DNA of 56,786 nt from the IMG/VR virus record IMGVR_UViG_3300010396_000050, positions 1-56,786 of that record; one strand, 5' to 3'. Positions 9,851-18,783 of the stretch are shown here, piece by piece. This stretch comes from a virus. Lineage: Duplodnaviria; Caudoviricetes. Both the position numbers and the translations under genes were made by a program. How positions within the stretch are numbered: the first letter of the stretch is position 1; the number at the start of each line of letters is the position of its first letter. A model generated the notes under the pieces. It was not told the origin of the DNA, did no database searches, and worked only from the letters and a program-made list of their open reading frames with translations.

Positions 9851-11532
9851 GAGACGACTCCCACTTCCCGCAGCCGCTTCGAGATCGGGTCAAACTGAAA
9901 TCTCACCCGCCCCAGCTTTGCCGCGTCGATCCGTCGCGTCTTGGTCACGACGATGTCGACTGGATTATCCGGAGCCTTGAGGTCGCGCCAGACGGAGAGG
10001 CCGAAGTCGGCCTTGTTCCGGAAGTTGTTTGACCCGGAGATATTGCCAAGGCCCGGCACTTGCTCCTCGCCGGCATCCGACATCGGCATCTTGGTCGGAT
10101 GGGCCACGAGCCACAGATGGAGATTGTGATTCCGCGCGAAGCTCCGTAGTTTCCGCAGGACCACGCTGACGTATTCGGTCTCCGAGAGGTTCGCCGGACG
10201 TGCGTGTTCGAGTTCGTTCCACGGGTCGATGACAATCCCCTGTGCCCCCGTCCGATAGACCTGGATCTTCGCGAGTTCGATGATCGAGTCGATCGACGGT
10301 TCTTCCGGGAGGATGAACGCGAAGTGATCGCGCACCCACCGGTTCGCCGTGAGCATCTCGTCCTCACTCATACGGGGACTCGGCCCATCCCAGAACGGGA
10401 AACCCATGTACTGCTCGATAAGCTGCGCCTGATGCCACGCCAGTGGTTGTTGCTCCGGCGAGAAGATCGAGAATTTCCAGTCGTGCCGCTCGGCGAGGAG
10501 GATCAGCAATTGATCCAGCGCCGTTGACTTGCCGTGTCCGGCGTGACCCGTGACGATCGTCATGTACCCCGGTAGCACGCTGTAGAAGCGGTCGAAGACG
10601 GGATATCCGAACGTGTAGCCCTTGTCGCGTCCCTGCCGGTAGAGCCGAACGAGGTCATCCTCGAACGCGTCGCCGTCGTAGATGCCAACGATCGGTTCCG
10701 GCCGCGCCTGGTCGATCAGATCGCAAACGGCCGTAATGCCATTCGCCATCAGGACATCGTTGGCATCCTTCGTCCCGGAAGGGAAGCGCACCCGCCAGCA
10801 CTTCTCCGGACCGATGCGGCGCTTCAGTTCTTCCGCCAACGTCTCGCCGGCCGGGTCGGCGTCAGTCGCGATGACGACCCGCTTTGCCCCCGCGATAATC
10901 TGCTCGGCGGAGTGGAGGCAGTCGAGCTTGGCACCGGGATTCGCGCCCGGCTGGATTGCTCCGTTTGGCACGGACATCACCGTCGTGATCCCCGCCGTCA
11001 TCAACGCGAGGCGATCCATCTCGCCTTCGCAAATAACGACCGTGTCGGCATCCCGGCATTCGTCCAGCCCGTACATTACGAGTTCGGTGTTCTGGGTTGA
11101 CCAGAACGCCTTCTCCCGCAGCCGCCGGTACTTCACATGGACGACCTCGCCGTCCCGCTGGTACGGGAACGCGATCGCCGTATCTTCGGGATTCGAGTAG
11201 ACGCCGAGTTCGATCGCGAGATCAGGATCGATCGCCCGATCTGCGAGAAAGGCGCGCGCCCGATCGCCAAGTCGTCGTTCGGCCGCAATCTGTGGACGAT
11301 CGTAGTGGCGCTCCGACTTGATCGGGGTCTGCCAGTCCTCCGGCTTGAGGCTGCCCGTGAATCCGCAGTTGTGGCAGAGCCACACGCCATCGTCGATGTT
11401 GACGGAGAGCGGGCGGTCGTTGCGGTGCGCCGGCTTGCGGTCGTGATCGCATCGCGGGCATTTGGTCTTGACCTGACCGCTCGCACGACCCTTCGTGTCG
11501 ATGCCGAGGTCGGCAAAGGTTGTTGTCACCAT
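9847..11532 (-). CDS. Bifunctional primase-helicase (T7 gp4/Twinkle-like)
   Basis: Zn-finger CPRC...CHNC, TOPRIM ICEGEMD and ATDAD, Walker A GHAGHGKS, VIDP, VAHPTK, ISGS. Confidence 0.92.
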   Translation of the reverse strand: MVTTTFADLGIDTKGRASGQVKTKCPRCDHDRKPAHRNDRPLSVNIDDGVWLCHNCGFTGSLKPEDWQTPIKSERHYDRPQIAAERRLGDRARAFLADRAIDPDLAIELGVYSNPEDTAIAFPYQRDGEVVHVKYRRLREKAFWSTQNTELVMYGLDECRDADTVVICEGEMDRLALMTAGITTVMSVPNGAIQPGANPGAKLDCLHSAEQIIAGAKRVVIATDADPAGETLAEELKRRIGPEKCWRVRFPSGTKDANDVLMANGITAVCDLIDQARPEPIVGIYDGDAFEDDLVRLYRQGRDKGYTFGYPVFDRFYSVLPGYMTIVTGHAGHGKSTALDQLLILLAERHDWKFSIFSPEQQPLAWHQAQLIEQYMGFPFWDGPSPRMSEDEMLTANRWVRDHFAFILPEEPSIDSIIELAKIQVYRTGAQGIVIDPWNELEHARPANLSETEYVSVVLRKLRSFARNHNLHLWLVAHPTKMPMSDAGEEQVPGLGNISGSNNFRNKADFGLSVWRDLKAPDNPVDIVVTKTRRIDAAKLGRVRFQFDPISKRLREVGVVS

Positions 11533-12395
11533 GACGCCAACCCCAGCGGTCCCTTGCCGGATTTCGTCTCTGGCTCAACTTCGTCCTGCCAGTTCTGATC
11601 GCGAAGCCAGCGGTGCGGTGCCTTGACGTAGCCCTCTTGCCACTTCCGCGACGACTTCTGTGACGCGATCGCCGCGAGGATCGTTGCCTGGAGTTCGGCT
11701 GATGGCTTCAACCGGCGCCATTGGTCGACCGCTTGTTTTTTCTCGGCGTGTTTCGGGTATGCCAACCAGAACGCATCGAAGCCGTTCGGTGGTGCCAACG
11801 CGGTAGATAGATCTTGTTCTTTTGGTTTTAGTTCTACTGGTTCTTGTTCAACCCGCTGTGGACGGGTACTCAACCCGCTGTCAGCGGGTACCTGACCCGC
11901 TGACAGCGGGTACGTTACCGTTGGTGCCGGGTGCGTACCCGCTGTGGACGGTATGCGTTCGTTCGCACTATTCCGCTCGGGAAACTCAACGATACCGTTG
12001 TCAGCGGGATGCTTTTTCCCGGAATAGTGATGAACGAGTACGTATTGGTTGGAACGCTTGAATCCGTTCGATTCGCGTTGGTCGATGCGGATAATTTCGA
12101 GCATAGCGAGTGCCTTTACCGCTCGGGTCACGTGGTCCTCGGACCACCCGGTATCGTCTGCGATCTTCTTGAGAGATGGGTAGGCGACGGCTCGATGATC
12201 GGCATAGGAAGCGATCGCCTGGTAGACGGCGACAAGCACCCCCTTGGCAATCGGCTTCCGTCCGTCGCCCACATCGATCGGCCCGGTGATCGTCCGGAAG
12301 ACGGCCGGGATCAAGACGAACCCGGTATCAAATCCGACAGGTGGAGCGTCATATGCCGCTGGCTCTTCGTCGTGGACCATCCGTAATGCGCTCAT
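11526..12395 (-). CDS. Replication initiator / replisome organizer (wHTH)
   Basis: AYPSLKKIADDTGWSEDHVTRAVKAL HTH; C-terminal FDAFWLAYPK...WL..QNWQDE; internal iterons. Confidence 0.85.
   Translation of the reverse strand: MSALRMVHDEEPAAYDAPPVGFDTGFVLIPAVFRTITGPIDVGDGRKPIAKGVLVAVYQAIASYADHRAVAYPSLKKIADDTGWSEDHVTRAVKALAMLEIIRIDQRESNGFKRSNQYVLVHHYSGKKHPADNGIVEFPERNSANERIPSTAGTHPAPTVTYPLSAGQVPADSGLSTRPQRVEQEPVELKPKEQDLSTALAPPNGFDAFWLAYPKHAEKKQAVDQWRRLKPSAELQATILAAIASQKSSRKWQEGYVKAPHRWLRDQNWQDEVEPETKSGKGPLGLASW
11807..12010. repeat. Putative replication origin: ~22-bp iterons next to an AT-rich tract
   Basis: ACCCGCTG-N-CAGCGGGT-like units at 11851, 11873, 11895, 11917 (degenerate), 11937 and 11994 (degenerate); AT-rich tract at 11807-11850. 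Confidence 0.8.
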
Positions 12396-12889
12396 GCTGC
12401 CTGCTCCCCACTGTTCGGGAAGTTCAGCCGTGCATACTCGCCGAAGTGTTTTCGGGCGGCATTGTCTCGCGCAATTGCCGCCTCTTCGGGTGTGTCAAAC
12501 GTCCCGAAGTAGTGGCAGATTCCGTCCGTCTTTAGGCGAGCGGCCCAACGACCAGATCTCGTCTGGACAACACCACGGTATCCCGACCTGCTCGGCGTGG
12601 ACCTGATGATGTTCTGTTGGTTTTGCTGATGCGTGCAGATGCGAAGGTTGCTTCGGCAATTGTTGAGTGTGTTTCCATCGATGTGGTCGACATCGAATCC
12701 AGGATCGGCACCCATGACGAAACGATGTAGGTAGCTGTGAGATTCCCGCCCGGTGGCGACGTAGAAGCTTCCTCGAATAAGGACGGGATGCCAACGTTTT
12801 GCGAGGACTCGGTCGGCGTCTTCTTCGTCAACGAGGGCAAAGAGGTCCGGATATTTCCGGGAGTGGAGGGGTACGCGTATACTACGCAT
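12392..12889 (-). CDS. HNH-AP2 endonuclease
   Basis: LHRFVM...VDHIDGNTLNNCRSNLR; AP2 domain SGYRGV...W.A...FGTFDTPEEAAIARD. Confidence 0.9.
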   Translation of the reverse strand: MRSIRVPLHSRKYPDLFALVDEEDADRVLAKRWHPVLIRGSFYVATGRESHSYLHRFVMGADPGFDVDHIDGNTLNNCRSNLRICTHQQNQQNIIRSTPSRSGYRGVVQTRSGRWAARLKTDGICHYFGTFDTPEEAAIARDNAARKHFGEYARLNFPNSGEQAA

Positions 12890-12968
12890 GGCGGTCATCC
12901 TTCCGTGATGATCGTCCGCGCTCCGGGGTGTTGCAAGCACCGCCGGAGCACTTCTATTCGTTGGATGA

Positions 12969-12977
12969 ATTATACCA
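12969..12977 (-). promoter_or_regulatory. Extended -10 promoter upstream of the HNH gene
   Basis: TGgTATAAT on the minus strand in the intergenic gap. Confidence 0.55.
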
Positions 12978-13031
12978 CGGAACATCGCCGAAACCCCCAT
13001 ACGTACGAGGTAAATCAACCCACAGAGGTTG

Positions 13032-13409
13032 CTAAAACGGAGCCTCTTCCTTTGATGCGGACTGATCCCCACCGCCGACGAACTGGAAGTCCGTCATCGT
13101 GACGTCGTAGGAAATCCGCGTCGACCCATCGTTGCCGGAGAACTCACGCGGCTCGAACGACCCCTCCACATAGAGATGCCGGCCCTTGGCGATGTACTGC
13201 TGCTGGGCAAGACGATCGACGCGCTCGGCCAACTTGTCCCAAGCGCTCACCCGATACCAGACTGGCTTCGCATCGCTCCCATCGGCACCCTTGCGGCGCG
13301 GGTTGACGGCGAGACTGAACGAAACGACCATCGCCCCGTTTGGTGTGTACTTGGTCTCCGGGTCACTTCCGAGATTCCCGAAGACGACGATCCTGGCGAA
13401 ACTTGCCAT
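13032..13409 (-). CDS. ssb: Single-stranded DNA-binding protein
   Basis: GNLGSDPETKYTPNG, WYRV, KG..LYVEG and an acidic ...APF tail. Confidence 0.95.
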   Translation of the reverse strand: MASFARIVVFGNLGSDPETKYTPNGAMVVSFSLAVNPRRKGADGSDAKPVWYRVSAWDKLAERVDRLAQQQYIAKGRHLYVEGSFEPREFSGNDGSTRISYDVTMTDFQFVGGGDQSASKEEAPF

Positions 13410-13422
13410 TGGTGTTGTGCTC

Positions 13423-13755
13423 CTAATCCGCGGCGATCGCATCGTCTGATGCGCGAATTCGTGCGGCGTTCATGGCGATTGCGATACGTTCCCAAACTTG
13501 TTGTTCGCGGCGTGTCTTATCTCTCCATGCCTTGACGCCGTAGGCACCCTCCATGCGTCGCTCAAAGACGTCCTGCGGCGACGTGGCGCCCTTGTCGACC
13601 ACGTAGCGCCACCAGATGCGGTCGAGTTCGTCCGCCTCTTCCCATGACCGACTGTGGCGCAGCCCGCCCCTCATGTGAGCGCGGTATTCGAGTTCGACCT
13701 CTGCGGCCTCGAAGCCGGCGCGCGCCACGGCTTCGGTGACAGGTGAGCGGCTCAT
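13423..13755 (-). CDS. Hypothetical protein
   Basis: Coupled ORF. Confidence 0.55.
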   Translation of the reverse strand: MSRSPVTEAVARAGFEAAEVELEYRAHMRGGLRHSRSWEEADELDRIWWRYVVDKGATSPQDVFERRMEGAYGVKAWRDKTRREQQVWERIAIAMNAARIRASDDAIAAD

Positions 13756-14432
13756 GCGTTCATGAGCCGGGTGGCATGCGCAATGTTGGCGTCCAGATCA
13801 GCCACCGGAGCCGGACCCTTGGCTTTTGGGAGTTCGGCGACCTTCTTCTTCATCCGATCAATTGCTTCCTTTGCTTGTGGCACCGAGAGGTCGGCCAGCG
13901 GCGTGCCAACTGCTGCGGTCAATGCCTGGTCGAGCTTTGCTCCGTCGTGATGTCCGTTGTCCTTCACCATCCCCAATTGCTTGCCGAGACCGATGATGAA
14001 ATTCCGCTGCTGGTCGGTGGCCCTCGGCGCCGGCGTTTCGGAGCGCGGTCGTGCTTGGGGTGTTTGCGGTCGCGCCACCGGTGAATCGACGATCCGCTCT
14101 CCCTCATCGAGTTCAGGTGCGAATTGCGTCCCGAAGCCGAGTGCAGCGAGGGCACGACCAATCGCCTTGGTTTCGGCCTTCTCGATGAAGTCACCGAAGT
14201 CCTTCACCGACTCCGACCCGATCCCCGACCCGATCCCGCCGACGCCGTCGTCCACCTGGGCGGTGACGATCGCGTGCGTGTCCGTGATGTGGTGGATCGC
14301 CGTGGTGATCCGCCCATGTGGGTATTGATCGCGGAACCACACGAGGCGCCACTTGACCTCCAAATAGTCTTTCCCCTTGAGCTTTATCAGGTGCTCGTTG
14401 GGGTCGAATGCGTTCCGTGTCAGCTCAGCCAT
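13752..14432 (-). CDS. Rad52/Sak-like single-strand annealing protein
   Basis: KGKDYLEVKWRLVWFR...IEKAETKAIGRALAALGFG; located next to ssb. Confidence 0.75.
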   Translation of the reverse strand: MAELTRNAFDPNEHLIKLKGKDYLEVKWRLVWFRDQYPHGRITTAIHHITDTHAIVTAQVDDGVGGIGSGIGSESVKDFGDFIEKAETKAIGRALAALGFGTQFAPELDEGERIVDSPVARPQTPQARPRSETPAPRATDQQRNFIIGLGKQLGMVKDNGHHDGAKLDQALTAAVGTPLADLSVPQAKEAIDRMKKKVAELPKAKGPAPVADLDANIAHATRLMNA

Positions 14433-14486
14433 TGCCGTTTCCTCAACAGGAACGGGCGGTCGCACTGCCGCCCGTCATCCCCTCAG

Positions 14487-14780
14487 CTATGCCGCTACCC
14501 GCTCGTTACCAGCCATCGCCTGGAGGTCGGCTTGCAGCTCGTAACTCCGCTCTTGCAGCGCAAACGCGCGCTCAAGAAGTCGCGCACCCGTCTTCCGCTG
14601 TCCCAACAGCACGGCCTCCGACAGCATGTCCCAGACGTACGTGCCTTCCTCGTTGACCTTGCGCAGTTCCTCGCCAACGGCCAGTTGGCGCGCCGAGCGG
14701 ATCGGCTTGACGACCGGGTGCGCGGTGCGGCGCTTCGGGGCTTGGGTTGTCCACTTGTGGGCATTGATTGCGGTGTTCAT
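14487..14780 (-). CDS. Hypothetical protein
   Basis: AAGGA SD before MNTAIN. Confidence 0.5.
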   Translation of the reverse strand: MNTAINAHKWTTQAPKRRTAHPVVKPIRSARQLAVGEELRKVNEEGTYVWDMLSEAVLLGQRKTGARLLERAFALQERSYELQADLQAMAGNERVAA

Positions 14781-14849
14781 GAGGTATACTGTCCTTGCAT
14801 TTGATTCGTCTGGCGCTTTCACCCTTGCCCGGTGAAGGCGCTTTGTCGT

Positions 14850-15212
14850 TCAGGCCGCTCGCTGCGGCTCATTTCCGTCCGGGAAGTCGACGATGTTTGC
14901 CGGTCGCTGGACCAGCCGGAGATAGTCCTGCGCTCGTGTCCGCGTCTGGCGTTCGACCCAGGGCGTCACGGCCCCGGCGTTGAGCACGGTCTGCGCGAGC
15001 GTGTGTGCGTCCGAGATGACCGAGAGTTCGGCCTTGATCCCCTCTTCCTCGATCTCGATGTCGCGTTGCCGTGCGCGATAGCCCTCCCACTCCTCGGCGG
15101 TCACGATGTGATCGGCCACCATCTCTGCGACGTAGGCGTCGCGCTCCTCGACACGCTCGATGAAGTCATCGAACCGGTTCTGCAATCGAATGATTCGGGT
15201 CGTTGCGGACAC
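14850..15212 (-). CDS. Hypothetical helical protein (start uncertain; frame open to 15611)
   Basis: Ordered helical part begins at GTG 15212 after a purine-rich SD. Confidence 0.55.
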   Translation of the reverse strand: MSATTRIIRLQNRFDDFIERVEERDAYVAEMVADHIVTAEEWEGYRARQRDIEIEEEGIKAELSVISDAHTLAQTVLNAGAVTPWVERQTRTRAQDYLRLVQRPANIVDFPDGNEPQRAA

Positions 15213-15613
15213 TGCGGGGGTCTTTCTTTCTGCGTATGTACGCTTGTCGGATCGGCGGGATACAGTAAAGAGACGGACGGGGACGGGGACTCCGTACGGT
15301 TCTACAGAGGCGTTCGCCCCGGTCCGTGTCGTGGCGTGGGCAACTCCTTTCGTGTGCAGCAAGGTCGGCGTGTTCGGCGTGTTCGGCGTCGAGTCGGATC
15401 GATGACCCGAGAGCCTGTTCCGAAGCTGGGTGGGGAAGGTCGATGCGAGGGGAGAGGTCGCAACGACAGGGACATACCAGCTTCGGAACAGGCCCCCCGG
15501 CAAGCGGAGGACGTGCACGGTCGCGACGGAAGACGCCGGGCGATCGACCGTGGAGGAGAGTGGGGACGGTGCCGCCGTGCGCGTGCGGGCGGGGAAGAGA
15601 GGGAAAATCATGG

Positions 15614-15976
15614 CTACGCGGCCTCGGCCAGTGTGGCGGCGGGACGATTCGTATGCTTGATGTAGGTTGGGTATCCCGTGTGCTTAGAGGAGTCGAGATA
15701 GGTGAAGGTGACGTTGCCCGCGACATCGATCGTCGCGACTTCCTGGCGGAAAACTCCATCCGTCTCCCAGTCGACGTATACGCGAATCGAGTTGACGTCC
15801 GTGTCTCCAGAGTTGAGCACGTGGTCAAGCGCCTTCCGGGCCATCGCGAAGTCGGTCCCGCATCGGTACGTCGGCCGGTACTGCTTGTCGAGCTTCTTGA
15901 GCGTGGCGACCCAGATATTGCCGTTGGTGATCGTGTCCGGGGCATGAAGGAAAGGATCGGCGGTGAGTGTTGGCAT
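15614..15976 (-). CDS. Hypothetical protein
   Basis: GGGGAG SD before MPTLTAD. Confidence 0.6.
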   Translation of the reverse strand: MPTLTADPFLHAPDTITNGNIWVATLKKLDKQYRPTYRCGTDFAMARKALDHVLNSGDTDVNSIRVYVDWETDGVFRQEVATIDVAGNVTFTYLDSSKHTGYPTYIKHTNRPAATLAEAA

Positions 15977-15986
15977 CGGAACTCCC

Positions 15987-16313
15987 CTATGCAACATCGG
16001 CCAGCAGCGCGTTGATCTGCTCGGCGACCTGAATGCGACGGATCGACTGCACCGTGTCATCGGTGGTCTGGCGGGCCGTGACGGCGCGACCGCACCACCA
16101 GTTGAGGAAGGGCTTGAGTGCTACGAGGTAGGTGCCCTCGTCTGCGTTCGTGTCGCTCGGGATGAAGAGGATGCCCTTGTCTTCGAACTTCCCCGCTTTG
16201 GCGCCCCGGCGAAGGAGCGGCGCCGGAATCCCGGTCATCTCGCTTAACTGGTCGACGGTGACGCGGCGAATCTCCGGGTCCGTGAAGGTCAGCGGCTTGG
16301 TCTCTTCGCTCAT
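15987..16313 (-). CDS. Putative excisionase-like HTH protein
   Basis: VTVDQLSEMTGIP..LLRR; second gene of the early lytic operon. Confidence 0.5.
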   Translation of the reverse strand: MSEETKPLTFTDPEIRRVTVDQLSEMTGIPAPLLRRGAKAGKFEDKGILFIPSDTNADEGTYLVALKPFLNWWCGRAVTARQTTDDTVQSIRRIQVAEQINALLADVA

Positions 16314-16540
16314 GCCGCCCGGCTTTCGATCGGCTCGTCGGCCTCCGCGATGGCAGCTGCGATTGCCTTCCAGTTCAGTCCGTACCGATGCTCCAACCCG
16401 ATGACCACCATCTCCCCGAGGAATTCGGATCGCTTCCCAACACCGCGTGAAAGGGCATCTGCCAGGCGAATCGTCTCGGTGGTCAGAGAAACGCCAACAC
16501 CCTTCTTCTTGAGTTCCTTTGGCACTTCCGGGTAGGACAT
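16310..16540 (-). CDS. Cro-equivalent small regulator (possibly ribbon-helix-helix)
   Basis: First gene divergent from the repressor; KGVGVSLT.ETIRLAD.L...KRSEFL pattern. Confidence 0.6.
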   Translation of the reverse strand: MSYPEVPKELKKKGVGVSLTTETIRLADALSRGVGKRSEFLGEMVVIGLEHRYGLNWKAIAAAIAEADEPIESRAA

Positions 16541-16587
16541 CGGCACGTCTCCATATCACTTGTCACGTTTCGTGTTTCGTTACACGC

Positions 16588-16616
16588 ATTATGACACAGA
16601 GGTTTTTGAGTGTCAA
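16588..16616 (-). promoter_or_regulatory. Early lytic promoter
   Basis: TTGACA-17 bp-CATAAT. Confidence 0.8.
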
Positions 16617-16619
16617 GCA

Positions 16620-16648
16620 TTGCAACGACTTTTTCAGAGACTGAAAAT
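16620..16648 (+). promoter_or_regulatory. Repressor promoter, likely leaderless mRNA
   Basis: TTGCAA-17 bp-GAAAAT, with the ATG 6 nt downstream and no strong SD. Confidence 0.55.
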
Positions 16649-16654
16649 GCTGGG

Positions 16655-17035
16655 ATGAGCACAGTAGGAAGTCTTGGTGAATTGATATTTGCCGCGAGAA
16701 CGGCCAGGGGGTGGACGATCGAGGAAGCCGCATCCCGGATCGGTCGTACTCATACGTGGCTTTGGAGAATCGAGAAGGGCAAGAATGCAAATCCGCCCAG
16801 CCCTGGGGAGCTTCGAGACATAGGGAAAGTCTTAGGTCTCTCCTCATTGGAGATGCTGGAGGCGCTCGGGTATCTCGATCCGCCCCAAGCAGGTCACCAC
16901 CCGAACAGTCACGAGTATCCCGACACAGACATCGGGCAGCTTCAGAGCTTTATTGATACTGGAGAACTGACGGAGCGGGAGGCCGGAGAACTGCTTAGCT
17001 ATCTCGATTTCATTCGAACAAAGCCTGCGCGGTAG
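16655..17035 (+). CDS. Immunity repressor (XRE HTH, no S24 peptidase domain)
   Basis: LGELIFAARTARGWTIEEAASRIGRTHTWLWRIEKG; divergent switch geometry near the integrase. Confidence 0.85.
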   Translation: MSTVGSLGELIFAARTARGWTIEEAASRIGRTHTWLWRIEKGKNANPPSPGELRDIGKVLGLSSLEMLEALGYLDPPQAGHHPNSHEYPDTDIGQLQSFIDTGELTEREAGELLSYLDFIRTKPAR

Positions 17036-17046
17036 GGAGGGGGCAA

Positions 17047-17520
17047 GTGGCGGGTGAAATGACTGATAAGGAAGACGGACGTGATCCCGAAGGCGACCAC
17101 GCGATGGTCGAGCCCATCACGATGCTTCACTACCCAATCGGGACTCAGTGGCATCAATCGGTTGATACGAGCGACCCGGCCTTCGTCTGTTGGGATCCTC
17201 TCCATCGCGAGATCGTCCTCACGACATTTCAATGGGAGTCTCATATCGAAGCGACCCATCCCGCACTATCCGGTATGATGAATCATGTCGAGATGACGAT
17301 CCGGTACCCTGAACTGATTACGACCGATCAAAAAGTCTCCGAGCGGCGAGGGTATTATCTGGATCATGTCTTCTCGAATGGACAACGCTACTGGATCAAG
17401 GTCGTTGTTCACTTTGACGAGACTGTCAAACTCAACTACGACGTCGATGGATTTGTTGTCACCAGCTTCATGCCCGTCCAGCCTCACCGAAAGGAGAAAC
17501 GCGAATGGATACGACATTAG
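17047..17520 (+). CDS. Putative PBECR/RelE-like RNase toxin
   Basis: IVLT..QW..HI...HP...TIRYPELI...WIKVVV...GFVVTSF pattern. Confidence 0.6.
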   Translation: MAGEMTDKEDGRDPEGDHAMVEPITMLHYPIGTQWHQSVDTSDPAFVCWDPLHREIVLTTFQWESHIEATHPALSGMMNHVEMTIRYPELITTDQKVSERRGYYLDHVFSNGQRYWIKVVVHFDETVKLNYDVDGFVVTSFMPVQPHRKEKREWIRH

Positions 17521-17945
17521 ACAATGTTTCTCTTCAAACGCTCGACGGGCCATCTCCGGCCGGCACGGTCGGCGTATTTGTCGATGCGGTCGCCGATAAT
17601 CTCACCTTCTGGACCACAGAGAAACCAGTTCCCAGTTTCAGCGCGCAAATCAATGACTACTCTTCAGTGCTTTTCAATCTTGATGACCAACGAGCCGTTG
17701 GCGTGCAGATCGAAAACTTCCTTACCTATGCCGTCCACGAGCACCCTTCGCTGATGCCCCTTGTCCGGGTGCTCAACCTGATACCGCGCCCATATGGCGA
17801 TACGAGACTTGTCACGAATCGCCTGCTCGCCGAGTTGCGCCCTACAGATCCAGATGATCTGAAGCAGATCGACTTCATTCTCCGCCACATTATTGATCTC
17901 ACTGGCGGTGTGGATCCGGACCTCGCCGTCATTACGCCGCGATAA
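17505..17945 (+). CDS. Putative DUF2283-like antitoxin
   Basis: VFVDAVADNLTF...AVGVQIENF; overlaps the putative toxin gene. Confidence 0.55.
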   Translation: MDTTLDNVSLQTLDGPSPAGTVGVFVDAVADNLTFWTTEKPVPSFSAQINDYSSVLFNLDDQRAVGVQIENFLTYAVHEHPSLMPLVRVLNLIPRPYGDTRLVTNRLLAELRPTDPDDLKQIDFILRHIIDLTGGVDPDLAVITPR

Positions 17946-17952
17946 TCTGCGA

Positions 17953-17995
17953 GAAGGAGGATTACTATCAGAAAACCCGATAGTAATCCTCCTTC
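17953..17995. terminator. Hairpin between convergent genes
   Basis: 17-bp perfect inverted repeat GAAGGAGGATTACTATC / GATAGTAATCCTCCTTC. Confidence 0.7.
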
Positions 17996-17998
17996 GAT

Positions 17999-18409
17999 TT
18001 AGATGGTCCACCCCTTGCCTTTGCACTCCGGGCAAGCGAACTTGTCATCCATCACCTGGACCCGCCCCCTTTCACAGAACGGATTTGTGCATGGTTTGCG
18101 AGACCGCTTTCGCCGCTCCGCTCGCCGATGCCGGCGCCGTTCGTTTTCAGGGAGATTCGGCGTGCTGCGGGCCACTTCGTCAACGCCGTATTTCTGCTTC
18201 AGCTCCCAGATCGCGACAATCTTGTTCTTCGACGTGATGACTTTCTTCCCGCCTGGCGCTTCTGCGCTCGTCAGTTCCGCCGTTGTCGTGCCGTTTTCCA
18301 CACGTACCGTTCGATCGATCTCGACAACATCATCGGGGTTGCCATCGCGAAGGGCGCGGATACGGGCGCGCAACTCCTGAAAAGACGGTGTATAGGGCGG
18401 GGTATGCAT
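17999..18409 (-). CDS. Protein with C-terminal Zn-finger, in LexA-box operon
   Basis: CTNPFC...CPECKGKG. Confidence 0.65.
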   Translation of the reverse strand: MHTPPYTPSFQELRARIRALRDGNPDDVVEIDRTVRVENGTTTAELTSAEAPGGKKVITSKNKIVAIWELKQKYGVDEVARSTPNLPENERRRHRRAERRKRSRKPCTNPFCERGRVQVMDDKFACPECKGKGWTI

Positions 18410-18667
18410 TTACTCGATCTCCCCCGGTCCAGTGCCAGCGAACTCGCCAAGCTCCGCACGAATCAGCGTTTCACAGATCAACGCGACCGCATATCTCGAC
18501 TCGGGATCGTCCGGGATGGCAATCGCAACGGCGGAACCGTCACTCGCGCGTGCCCACCATTGATGCGTGCGCACATTTACCCATCCGTATGCGGGATGCT
18601 TATCCTGCTCATGCTCGCGAAGCACCACCGGCCGCACTGCCGGATCGCGAGGATCAAAGGCCAACAT
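18410..18667 (-). CDS. Candidate SOS-induced antirepressor
   Basis: GAGGAG SD; first gene behind a LexA-box promoter. Function is inferred. Confidence 0.5.
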   Translation of the reverse strand: MLAFDPRDPAVRPVVLREHEQDKHPAYGWVNVRTHQWWARASDGSAVAIAIPDDPESRYAVALICETLIRAELGEFAGTGPGEIE

Positions 18668-18708
18668 CGTCCGCTCCTCTCGTACGGGATCGCTCCCTCG
18701 GGTCTGTC

Positions 18709-18740
18709 TAGATCATATGTTCTAAAATGAAGTCTGACAA
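18709..18740 (-). promoter_or_regulatory. Promoter with overlapping LexA-type box
   Basis: TTGTCA-17-TATGAT; AGAACATATGATCT overlaps the -10. Confidence 0.7.
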
Positions 18741-18783
18741 GTCGTTTTCCTTATTGACATCATGTCACCGAAGGGAAGTCGGA

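Noticed and set aside
15365-15389. 9-bp tandem repeat TCGGCGTGT (about 2.8 copies) in a poorly coding stretch
   Set aside because: Too short to assign a function; it could be slippage or part of a low-complexity ORF extension.
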